DNA from: Octopus vulgaris
Taxonomy: Eukaryota
Direction: 5' to 3'
Assembly (NCBI GenBank): GCA_951406725.2
Contig: OX597827.1
Span: 36,270,001 to 36,334,000, forward strand
DNA: 64,000 nucleotides
The notes beneath the pieces were generated by a model. The model was not told where the DNA came from. It ran no database searches and was given only the letters and a program-made list of their open reading frames with translations. The position numbers and the translations under genes were made by a program. Shown here piece after piece: positions 52,325 to 64,000 of this stretch (position 1 is its first letter; the number at the start of each line of letters is the position of its first letter).

Positions 52325-54137
52325 CACCACTGATGCTATATTCCTGGTTCGACAACTGCAGGAGAAATACCTAGCTAAAGATAAACCCCTCTACATAGCT
52401 TTTGTGGACTTGGAGAAAGCCTTTGACAGGGTCCCCCGATCCCTTATCTGGTGGTCGATGCGGAAATTGGAGATTGACGAATGGCTAATAAGGGCTGTAC
52501 AGGCCCTATACAGAGAGGCTGTCAGCAAGGTTAGGATTGGCAATGAATATAGTGAAGAATTCCGGGTAGAAGTAGGTGTACACCAAGGTTTAGCCCTCAG
52601 TCCCCTTTTATTCATCATAGTCCTCCAGGCAATAACAGAGGAATTCAAAACAGGTTTCCCCTGGGAGCTCCTCTATGCTGATGACCTGGCTCTCATAGCA
52701 GAATCACTACCGGAACTAGAAAAGAAATTTTGGGTGTGGAAGCAAGGTTTAGAATCAAAGGGCCTTAGAATAAATGTAGCAAAGACCAAAGTTATAGTAA
52801 GCAGAAAGGCGAATTCATCACACACACCCTCAGGCAGGTGGCCCTGCTCGATCTGTAGGAAAGGTGTAGGTAGAAACTCCATGAGATGTACCCAGTGTAA
52901 GCTATGGACGCATAAGAGGTGCAGCAACATCAAAGGGAAATTAACTGATAAGATAGCTTTCATATGCGGTAGATGCACAGGGACAATAGACACCACAGAT
53001 ACTCAGAAAACAGATTCCATCACACTCCAAGGGGAGAAACTAGAAGTAGTTGATAGTTTCCGCTACCTAGGTGGCCAAGTTAGTAGTGGAAGTGGATGCT
53101 CAGAGAGTGTCACCACTAGAATACGAATAGCCTGGGCAAAGTTTAGAAAGCTCCTCCCCTACTGGCGACAAAGGCTCTCTCGCTCAGAGTGAAAGGTAGA
53201 TTGTATGATGCATGTGTGCGAACTGCCATGCTTCATGGTAGTGAAACATGGGCTGTGACTGCAGAGGACATGCGTAGACTTGAAAGAAATGAAGCTAACA
53301 TGATCCGCTGGATGTGTAATGTCAGTGTGCACGCACGACAGAGTGTAAGCACCCTGAGAGAAATGCTGGACATAAGAAGCATCAAATGTGGTGTGCAAGA
53401 GCGACGCTTGTGATGGTATGGTCATGTACTGTGGATGGATGAGGAGAGATGTGTGAAGAAGTGCCACTCCCAAACAGTTGAAGGTATCAGGGGAAGAGGT
53501 AGACCCAGGAAGACATGGGATGAGGTAGTCAAGCATGACCTCAGAGCATTGGGCCTCACAGAGGCAATGACGAAGGACCGAGATCTCTGGAGATATGCTG
53601 TGACTGCAAAGACCTGGGCTGCTTCCTGCACCAGTTCCGCATAGCCCCAGCCCATTCAAAGTACCTTGGATTTCAGAACAACCCACTGTGCTTGAGGAGA
53701 CCTATTGAGTCAAGTACATGAACATTGAAATAAATATCAATGGAAATAGTAGTTATGATACCTGTGCCTGTGGCATGTAAAAAGCACTATCCAAACATGG
53801 CCAATGCCAGCACCACCTCGACAGGCTTCTGTGCCGGTGGCACATAAAAAGCACCATCCAAATGTGGCCGATGCCAGCACCGCCTTGACTGGCTTCCATG
53901 CCAGTGGCACGTAAAAAGCACCAACCGATCGTGGATGCTGCCAGACTCCCCTGGCACCTGTGCCGGTGGCACGTAAAAAGCACCCACTACACTCACAGAG
54001 TGGCTGACGTTAAGAAGGGCATCCAGCTGTAGAAACACTGCCAGATCAGACTGGAGCCTGGTGCAGCCTCCAGTCGAACCATCCAACCCGTGCTAGCATG
54101 GAAAACGAACATTAAACGATGATGATGATGATGATGA
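52325..54137 (+). mobile_element. Young 5'-truncated RTE LINE (262-aa RT ORF, YADD, PHD-like finger, 3' units)
   Basis: DLEKAFDRVP, GVHQG, LLYADD, KTK and FRYLG motifs; one frameshift near 53160 and a stop near 53411. Confidence 0.95.
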
Positions 54138-54745
54138 ACATATTTCTTTAATTACTTGCTTCATAAAATAAGGTCGGTTTTCAATGCCTCACTAAGTTTA
54201 GAAATAGAAATGTGTGTGTGCCTTTAACTGCAATAGGTCAAACTAAAGTCATAACTCACTCATGCGTTGACAGAAGGAATTTGACCTAGAAACAATAACT
54301 TCTTTCTATCAATCTCTTTATCTTTATATACATTCATACTTACACACACACACAGATACATACAGACCTACATACATTTTCAAGAGAGTTTTGTTGCTTC
54401 CCTTTTCTCTGACTTGTCCCCAAAACAGCAACAATTTGTAAGGGAATTGTAAGCTGTTTTGGGCCAGGGTAGTAAACTGTTTTTTCAATGAATTAATTAG
54501 TGTCTCTAAAATGGCAAAACCTATGGTTATTGATCATAAAAGAGAATTCATTACATTTTTTAAGATGTTAAGATATCTTCGTTAATTGAAAGAGAGGCTC
54601 TTCATATCTGGTTGCTAAGAGGTTGGACCTTCCTGTATTGAGTGCTACATACCCTTCATAGCAGGGGAGCCCCAATATCTTTCAAATGCTGGGGTAATTT
54701 TCCCCTCCAACCCCTATAAATCCGGCCCTGTAGGAGAATAAAACT

Positions 54746-55917
54746 TGGACGGAAGTTCTAGTTAACTAAACAATTTGAAACTTCGTATACTGGTAGAATG
54801 TGTCAAAAGAAAACATTATTTTCACTTGGCCTTTTTGAGAAAATTGTAATTTGTAAGTTTAACGTAGTTTAATTCTTCAAATTTTAACCAATGAAATGCC
54901 AGCATTTGAGCTCAAATCATTTGCTGCATTATCGATATTGATAAACAAACGAGGAGACGCATACACACACACACATATATTCAGATACATACACACGTAC
55001 ACTTGCACACATACACACACACACACTCTGTCACTCTCTCTCTCTCTCTCTCTCAAACACATGCATATACATTTGCACAAGCACATAGTAATTAATATAT
55101 AAGCGTACACACACATACAAACGGAGATATACATACACACACAAGCATACATGCACGTTCTTGAGTTCGCACTGGTGTCGATAGAATCGACTTAATACTT
55201 TTGTATCTCATGCTTTGGCCCCTCTGTGTTTTGCCCCTTGCCGCAACAAATTTACACAAAAGGTAAATAAACCAGAAGAGGTGGGGTCAATGTTTCATCG
55301 TTTCGGGGTCGATAAATTAAGTACCAATTACGCACTGGTGTCGAGGATTTTTTCCCCAATTTATATCACAGCCTCTGACAAGTTTTATGAAAAAATATTT
55401 CGCAAATTTTTACAATACGACCCACACTCCATGCGCACCCTCTAGACCGATTTAGGCATATTATTGTTTTGCTTTTGTTGTTTTTGGCCCTTCAAAACCA
55501 TGGGAGAAGCCTTTTTGGTAAAAAAAATAAAGAAAATATTCAAAAAATATCGTTAATATTTTTATTGGGCGACGAAATTCATCGATTTAAGAGATATGGC
55601 TGTTATTTCTAGCACATGCCTCCTCCTTTGTTTATCAATATCGATGAGCGAGACAGACAGAAGAGAGAAGGATGAATAACACGTGTGTGCTGTTTACGTT
55701 GCAACAGGATGTTGTCTGAGTTTTTAGACGCAGCAAATGATTTGAGCTCAAATGCTGGCATTTCATTGGTTAAAATTCGAAGAATTAAACTACGTTAAAC
55801 TTACAAATTACAATTTTCTCAAAAAAGCCCAGTGAAAATAATGTTTCCTTTTGACACATTCTACCAGTATACGAAGTTTCAAATTGTTTAGTTCCGTCCA
55901 TCAAAAGAAAAAGATCC
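54746..55917. mobile_element. Second foldback of the 49509 family with ~185-bp arms and internal cargo
   Basis: AAACTTCGTATACTGGTAGAATGTGTC pairs with GACACATTCTACCAGTATACGAAGTTT; right end AAAAGATCC. Confidence 0.85.
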
Positions 55918-56049
55918 CTGAAGGATAACTCTAAAAATTGCATCGAAGCCATTAGTACCCCTAGCATTTCCAGTAGCCCAGTACAGTTTTAATATAATTA
56001 TCTGGAATCCTACAGAACTCAACGCATAGACTAAAAAATTAATGACATA

Positions 56050-56460
56050 GGCGCAGGCATGGCTGTGTGGTAAGAAGCTTGCTTCTCAACCACATGGTTC
56101 CAGGTTCAGTTCCAGTGTATTTTGGGCAAGTGTCTTCTACTGTAGCCCCAGGCCAACCAAAGCCTTGTGAGTGGATTTGGTAGACAGAAACTGTAAGAAG
56201 CCTGTCGTGTATATATGTATGTGTGTGTGTGTGTGTGTATGTGTCTGTATTTATTTCCCACTATCACTTGACAATCAGTGTTGGTGTGTTTACATCCACA
56301 TAACTTGGTGCTTTGGCAAAAAAAAAACAAAAAAAAAAACAATAGAATAGCTTCTAGGCTTAAAAATAAGTCCTGGAGTTGATTCATTTGACTAAAATCT
56401 TTCAAGGCATTGCCCCGGCATGGCTGCATGCAAATGACTAAAGCAAGTAAAAGATGAAAG
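56050..56460 (+). mobile_element. tRNA-derived CORE-like SINE
   Basis: GGCGCAGGCATGGCTGTGTGGTAAG...TTGGGCAAGTGTCTT...GTAGACAGAAACTG. Confidence 0.85.
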
Positions 56461-56464
56461 ATCA

Positions 56465-57540
56465 AAGAACATTCACCACTGTAACACAGATGTTGATCTT
56501 CTGTAGCTACCTAGAAGCAGTGGGGCAAGAAGAATAATGCAATTAGAACTCTGCTATAAAGCCTCCACTATAGGAATGAACAAGTACTTATCTAATCTAG
56601 AGGACTGGAGGCTACGACTAGTAAGCAAACATGAAAGTAGCAAAAAGTTACATTCTATTGTCAAGGAAGCTTGTAAATTTACAAGGTAACTTAGTGTTAA
56701 CCCTGAATTAGATGAAGAGCCTGAAACCACTGCTACTAAGCAAGCAAAATGAATCTAGCAGACTGTAAAAAATAATGGGCAGAAACAAATTGAGGAGAAG
56801 TGGAGCCAGAATCCTCTGCCTGGACTATATATTCTTTGAAGTCAAAATGCTGATGTAGACCAAGCAGCAATTCATCAGTGGCTGAAAAGTTCAGGATTGA
56901 AAGTAGAGACTGGAGGCTTCATACTGGTGGCACAAGATCAAAGCTTGTTTACCAAAAATTACCAATCTAATGTTCTTCAAAATAGTGCAGAATCTGCAAC
57001 ACATTTGACAAAACAATAGGCTATCTCAATTTGGGGTACCCTATGCTAACACTAAACAAACAGAAAGTTGCCATGATAGAGTAAGACAGTATTTTCATTG
57101 GAAAATATGTAAGCACTACAAAATCAACACTCCTGCTGAATGATATGAACACTATCCTGAACCAGGTGTTGAAGGTAAGAATGTCACCAACTGGGATTTC
57201 CCAGTCAACACTGACAGAACGATCCAGACTAATCAACCAGGCATAATTATAAAATACATGGAAGAAAATACTTGTAGACTAATAGATCTAAGTGTTCCCA
57301 CTGATAAAAATATATCTGACAAACCTAGTAAATATAAGGGCCTAGAAATTGAAATACAAAAGATGTGGCATCTTAAAGTAAAAACTGTTCCTGTTATTGT
57401 AGGTGCCCTAGGTATGATAAAATAAAAAGGGATGTCAGAAATATCTAGACAACATCCCAAGAGAGCCATGTCTCAAAGAAATACAAAAGATTGTGCTGAC
57501 AAGTACTGCCCACATCATTAGAAAAACCCTATCAATTTAA
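56465..57540 (+). mobile_element. R4/Dong-like non-LTR retrotransposon C-terminus (restriction-like endonuclease), decayed
   Basis: WLKSSGLKVETGGFILVAQDQ, WDFPVNTDRTI, LIDLSVP and KYKGLEIEIQKMWHLKVKTVPVIVGALG motifs. Confidence 0.85.
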
Positions 57541-58839
57541 ATGTTTGTGTTGTATTATAAGAATGTATTTCTGTACTGCTATCTTGCTTACCCCAATGGC
57601 ATTTGATGGAGTCTATTTTCTGTACATTTTTAGTATTTATTGTACCTGTGCACAAAACCTATTTTCCTAGATAACCTTCCTCTAAGACTCCAGCACCTCT
57701 TGTGTCCATAGCTTGCCCTGGGTACATCTTATGGAATTTCTTCTCACACCTTTCCTACAGATTGAGCAGGGGATTTGTGATTTACATGAAAAAATTGTGG
57801 TAGGTGAAACAGTACGAAAAAGTAGAAGGAAAGAGGATTAAAAGAGGAGAAGCGGGCAAAATCAAGAGTGACATGAAGGAGAAAGATAAAGTTAAGGTGA
57901 GTTGAAGAATAAGATAGGGTTTAATGGAGTAATAGGAAGGGAAAGAGAAGGAAGTTGGAATGTGGGCAATCTGTGTGGAAGGGGAATTGAGGAAGAGGAG
58001 GGTGGATGTGTGCAGGAGGTTAGGTGGAGAGGCCAGGGTGCAAGATTTGTGGGGTGGGGATCAAGGAAAGAAGGTACAAGTTGTGGTGGTTGGAAAATAG
58101 TAAGGGGACTGGAGATGTGGGAGTTTTGGTGAAGGAAGAAATCTGTGAGAAGGTGGTGGAGGTCAGGAGAAAGTGATGTCAGAAATATTTTCTGTACATT
58201 TTTAGTATTTATTATAGTCAAGGTTTGCTGATGGTACAGCTGAAAAGTTCAGGATTGAAAGTAGGGACTGGAGGCTTCATACTGGTGGCACAAGATCAAA
58301 GCCTGTTTACCAAAAATTATGATGATATGGTGCCAAGTTTGAATATGAAATGCTGTTCCTTCCACTTCCTTGAGAATGTGGATCCATAATGTGTAGTAAT
58401 GCTGCACACTGATGAGTGATGGAATGGGCAACAAGTTGACCTGGCATACATAGTAGTACACTTTAAATGTGCTCCTGAAAGTGATCAACAAAGTGTCAGC
58501 CTGTTTCCTCAATGTAAAGGACACTGCAAATTTTACATATGGTGCAGTATATAAGGATAGACAATGTGTGAAAGGTGTTCTGAGTAATATGATATTGTAA
58601 TATAAGCCCAGTGATAGTTGTAGTGTTGTTAATATAGGTAAGGATATGTATATATACTTATATATGGATGCACACAGATACATTTATAAGTGAATTTGTG
58701 TATATATATGTATGTGTGTGTGTATTTGATTGTTTATAAACATGTGTGTAGAGCTATGTGAGTGCTTATATATGTGCTTGTGCATGCATGAAAGAGTGAA
58801 AATGTTATGCACACCCATGTGTGTGTGTGTGTATAAAAG

Positions 58840-60360
58840 GTGTGGAAGAGCTACTATGAAAGGCAATTAAATGTGGAGAATGAATGGGAGAACCTCCATG
58901 TGAACCCAACAGAAAGACCAACTATCCTAGTTGACAGCAGCATGATAGATAAAGTATTCAAAGATATAAAGACAGGGAAAACCCCTGGTCCATCACGAGA
59001 CACTGCTGAAATGCTTAAGCTGTCTGGAAGAGTTAGATATGGTCTAGTCATCCATATAGTTATTCAAGTTATTCAGGAAGGTGCAATCCCCAGTGACTGG
59101 TGTAGCAGCATCATAGTCAGTTGCTATAAGAGTAAGGGAGCTGCTTTATATAGAATTACAGAGGCATCAAATTGCTGGACCAAGTGATGAAAGTTGCAGA
59201 GAAAGTTATAACCCAATTAATTTAGAACAGAACGAGACTAGATGAAATGCAATTTGGCTTTGTTCAGGAGAAAGCACCACTGATGCTATTTTCATAATCA
59301 GGCAACTGCAAGGGAAGTATTTGACATTTGTTGATCTGAAGAAAGCCTTTGACACAGTACCTGTTCTGTGATTTGGTGATTTGAGAAGCTAGGGTTTCAT
59401 GGCTTGTACTGATTATGAAAGCAAAAATCAGACAGGACCTTACCCACTTCAGGTAAATGGCTCTGTTCAATATGTAGAAAGGGTGTAGGAAGAAATTCCA
59501 TTTGGTGTACCCAGTGCAAGCTATGAATACACAAAGGGTGCAGTGGAATAGTAGGAAGGTTAACAGAGAAAATAGTGTTTGTATGTGAAAGATGTATAGG
59601 AACTATAACAACTACAGGTACATGGGAAACTGATTTCCTCAAATGTCCTGGAGGTGCTCTGGAAGTACTTGATAATTTCTGCAACCTAGATGACTTAATA
59701 AAGCTGTGGAGGAGGATGTACTGAAAGTGTAACTACTAGAAAAAGATTAAGGTGGAGAAAGTTCAGAGAGCTTTTACTTCTGTTAGCAACCAAAAGTCTC
59801 TCTCTCTCTCTGAATAAAAGGAAGATTGTATGATGCATGTGTACGAACTGCAATGCCACATGCTAATGAGACATGGGCCCCGAATGCACAGGATATGCAA
59901 AGACTAGAGAGGAATAAAGCTGGTATGCTCCACTGGATATGCAATGCCAGTATTCATGTGCAACCGAGTGCTAGTGCATTGAGAAAAAAGTTAGACTTAA
60001 GAGGAATTAGATGCAATGTGCAAGAGAGAGAACAGTGCTGGTTTCGTTATGTAATGGATAAGGATGAGGACAGTTGTATAAAGAAGTGCTGCTCACTTAA
60101 AGTGATGGAAGTTGTGGAAGACAGAGACATGAGACAAGGTACTGAAGGCCAATCTCAAAATACTGAGCCTTTGAGAGGTGACAAAGGACTGAGGTATATG
60201 GCATGTTGCTGTACTCTAGACAACCTGCCCACAACAGAACAGAACAGAACTGATATCCCAAAACCACCTTTGCAATGCTTGCCAATGAAGGGCACTGGTG
60301 CTAGAGCTATGTAAAAAGCATGCAGTACACTCTGTAAAGTGGTTGGTATTAGGAAATTAA
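58840..60360 (+). mobile_element. Older decayed RTE LINE fragment
   Basis: GKTPGPS, IPSDWCSS, KWLCSICRKGVGRNS and YDACVRTAM motifs. Confidence 0.88.
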
Positions 60361-60499
60361 TATGCAAAATTGGTGTGCTAATCTGATGACTTTGCTTGCT
60401 GTGGGGAGGTTGTCTCTCTCGTCAGTACAATGAACTGTACTTTGTTTGTAGCTAAAAAGTTTCTGACTCTTGTTTCTAGCAATGCGGGTGCTGTTTGCA

Positions 60500-61400
60500 C
60501 CCTTAGTCACTTCTTTAAAAGACTTCCAAAAATCCAGTGCATCAACACTTACCAACTCCCCAACTCTCTCCTCAAACCTTGATCTTGTTTCTTCTTCCTT
60601 CAGTTTCCACGCCTTTCTCCTCTCAACTGTTTCCTTTCTCACATACTTTTTAACTTTCCTCTTATTCAAGTCAGCAACCACTAACCTGTGCTGCAACTCC
60701 CCCTGATATTGTCTTTACATCTCTCAGATATTTTTTGCTTTTCCTGCCAACCAACATAAAATCAATCTCTGTCTCATTCCCTCCTGCACTGAAAGTCACC
60801 TTCCTTTTCTCTGTTTTCCTAAACCACATATTCGCCACACACAACACTTTCTCATTACAAAATTCCAATGGCATCCTTCCTTCCAAATTTCTCTCCCCAA
60901 TTCCATTTCCCCCAGGAACACCCCTCAAAGTCCTGGATCTATTTCCCAACATGTCCATTAAAATCACCCATACCCAAAACCAATTCATCTATCTTTTGTA
61001 AGTCTCACTCATTTGCCATTTCATCAAAGAACTTCTCTTTCTCAGCAATCCCTCTTCCACTTTGTGGACCATACCCACAAATCACCCTCACCACTTCTTC
61101 CTCAAATGCTAACACTACTGGCATCACTCTGTCACTCTTTCTCCTGACCTCCACCACCTTCTCACAGATTTCTTCCTTCACCAAAACTCCCACATCTCCA
61201 GTCCCCTTGCTATTTTCCAACCACCACAACTTGTACCTTCTTTCCTTGACTCCCCCACAAATCTTGCACCCTGGCCCCTCCACCTAACCTCCTGCACACA
61301 TTCACCCTCCTCTTCCTCAATTCCCCTTCCACACAGACATTCCAACTTCACATTCTCACCCCAAGCTCCTCCTCAGCCATCATAAGGTAAGTCAAGCTTG
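60500..61400 (-). mobile_element. RTE APE-endonuclease region (different subfamily)
   Basis: VQEVRW, GVGVLV-like, VICGYGPQSG, GERNLEG and TEIDFMLV motifs. Confidence 0.88.
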
Positions 61401-61839
61401 TGCAACCCAGGATGAGGGTTTGCACCTTCCTTTTTCAGGTAGGCAGGTGCAACCAACACCAAACTTTGGGCTGGTTGGTGCCCATTCTCTTTTGTTATTA
61501 TCATAAAACTTTTTTATTGCTGGAATTTCTAGGGGAGCATGCCTTTGCTTACCCCGAATGTCAGTTTCTAGATATGAGTGGTCCTGAGACCAAGGCCTCT
61601 ACGATTTTTAAGAAATGTGGTGGGAAACTAGCTTGAGAAGGCAGGGACACTACTCCCTGAGACTCCTTTCAGAGATTCCCTATATACATACAAAGGACAG
61701 ATGGGGCTCCTTAGCTGTGGTGAAGGCAACCCATCTAGGAGAAACATACTTTGATATAAAACCAAGTCTCTGACTGCTGAAGGTCCTCTTAACAGAGCTC
61801 TTCATAAATATTTGGAGGGTAGACCATATAACACAGGAC

Positions 61840-63480
61840 TTTAAAGATATTTCAGTTTAACACCTTTATACGAAAGGAAACAGAAGTGTCTGTGATAATC
61901 ATCATGGGATATCACTTCTGTCTATTGCTGGTAAGATTCTTGCTTGACTCATTCAAAATTAAGAGCTGTTCATGGTGTTCATTGACCTTATTAAGGCCTT
62001 CAACATTGTTAACTGACAAGCACTTTGGAAAGTTCTGAAAAAGTTTCACATAGCTGACAAAATGTTGAATGTTATCATCTCCTTTCATGAGGGAATGTAA
62101 GCTGCTGTTGTGTCCAGCAGGGAATCTTCAGCTTCCTTTGATGTTACAAACAGCACAAAGCAAGGTTGTGTCATAGCTTGTTTTGTTTGTACTCTTCTTA
62201 TCAGTGATGATGAAGTATACTTTTGGTGACTTAGAAAGGGTGTTAAATTCCAGTTTCAAATTAGTGGACTATTCAGTCATGTTTCAATACCAAAACAGTT
62301 ACACACCAGTTTCATTTGTGATTTGCTTTTTGCAGATGCTTCTGCACTAGTACCAGCCTCTTTAGAGGAAACTCAGGAACTTCTAGACCAGTTTTGTGTT
62401 GCATGTAAAGCCTTTGGCTTGACCAGCAACATAAAGAAGACAAAAGTGATCCACCAACCTTGCCCTACTCCTAAGCAAATTTGAGGTGTCAAGCAGAGGC
62501 TGCTGGTTCACAATTTCGAACACTCATATACAGGTTGACAGGAAAAACCTAAGTGAAGTATTGACATATCTTGGTAATAAAGAGAACTTGAGGGCTTACC
62601 TTGATGATGAAATCACCATCCATCTTGTGAAAGCAACCAATGCATTTGGCAAACTTTGTCATTGCCTATGGAATGAAAGGGGCATTAAACTGGACACCAA
62701 AGTACAGGTCTATAAAGCTGCTATTATTACTACTCCCTTAAGATGGTGAGCCGGTAGAATTGATAGTGCACTGTACGAAATGCTTAGCAATATTTCACCT
62801 GTTGCTACACTCTGAGTTCAAAGTCCACTGAGGTCGACTTGTGTTTCAGCCTTTCAGGGTTGATAAAATAAGTACCAGTTGAACACTGGGATTGATGTAA
62901 TCGACCCATTCCCACCTCCCCCAAGCTGCCCTTATGGCAAAAATTTGAAATAATTATTACAACTCTCTTACATGGCTTAGGATCATGGACACCCTATAGG
63001 TGGCACATTAACCAACTAGACATCTTTCACAAAGGATGTCTCAGAACAATTTGCAGTTATTCACTAAATGACAAAGTGTTTAATGTCGACCTGTTTAGCA
63101 AGTGTAAGATTGGTAGAATTGAAAGCTTTCTAATAGTCACAAATGCACTGAGCTGGCCATGTCATCAAAATGAGTGACAAAAGTATACCCCAAAGTCCTC
63201 ATGTACAGCCAACTTGATAATGGGCACAGGAATGTTGTCGATCATAGCTCAGCTATAAGAACAAGCTGAAGAGTAACCTCTCAGCAGTCAATATAGCTCA
63301 CAACACCTTTGAATAAACAAAATGCAGATTCTTGTGTCAAAATGGCATAAGAAACTTTGTTTCAACCAGCATTAATAGGCTTAGGGCTGCAAATATACTG
63401 CCTTCACTGACTTGTAATCTTCATACTTGCAACATTGGAGGACTTCTTTGCAAATCATCGCCAGGACTCAATATGTAAAT
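61840..63480 (+). mobile_element. Decayed BovB-like RTE with a SINE inserted at about 62742-62950
   Basis: GNRSVCDNHHGISLLSIAGKIL, FIDLIKAF, LLFAD and AFGKL..LWNERGIKLDTKVQVYKA motifs. Confidence 0.85.
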
Positions 63481-64000
63481 TTCACATTTGACATAAGTAT
63501 TATGACTAACAAAGAAAGTGTAGCTTGTTGGATCCTCATATGTTGAAACTGATAGGAGAGTCTATCATATGTCTGTATATATATCTATATAGATATAACA
63601 TATATGGGTATGTATATAGGTACACACATACATATATGTGTATACATTAAGTATGTAACATAGATGCTACTTTACTTTAATACTGTCTTAATTGCATATA
63701 CCAAGATACATATATATATCATATAGACATATATATATGTATATTAACATGGTCAGTGTAAGAAGTAACACATCTTTCTTAAAAGATTTATGATCTTTCA
63801 TGATAGATTTAAAGAAAAACCCAGTCTATCCTTAGATATATAACACTACTGACCTTCCACAAAAATACAGAAAATCTTACAGGAGTTCATACATTAACTA
63901 CACCAATGTGTATGCCATAAGCTGAAAATTGGTGAGTCAAAGTGCCTAGTGGTATTTAGTTCAGTTACATACCTTTTGTGAACTAAACCACTGAAATGAC

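Overview
This is AT-rich, repeat-dense eukaryotic genomic DNA. The SINE/RTE repertoire and long (TA/TACA)n tracts look like an octopus/cephalopod genome, which is an inference. The only host gene I can support is EXOC4/Sec8 on the minus strand: 16 phase-compatible GT-AG coding exons run from the ATG at 48143 down to 551 (1559 nt, about 520 codons), and the gene continues off the left edge. Most entries in the ORF track are spurious, coming from microsatellites or decayed transposons. Introns and upstream DNA hold RTE-type LINEs (one family has a PHD-like finger inside the RT and tandem ~60-bp 3' units), BovB-like and R4/Dong-like LINE relics, mariners, Helitrons, a hAT relic, tRNA-derived SINEs and foldback elements. 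The most interesting signal is a set of small elements carrying minimal type-I hammerhead ribozyme motifs of the Penelope-like-element kind. One is a TSD-flanked palindromic element joining a tRNA-derived head to a hammerhead (9358-9808). Another is an intact-looking hammerhead on the sense strand of EXOC4 intron 1 (45571-45653).
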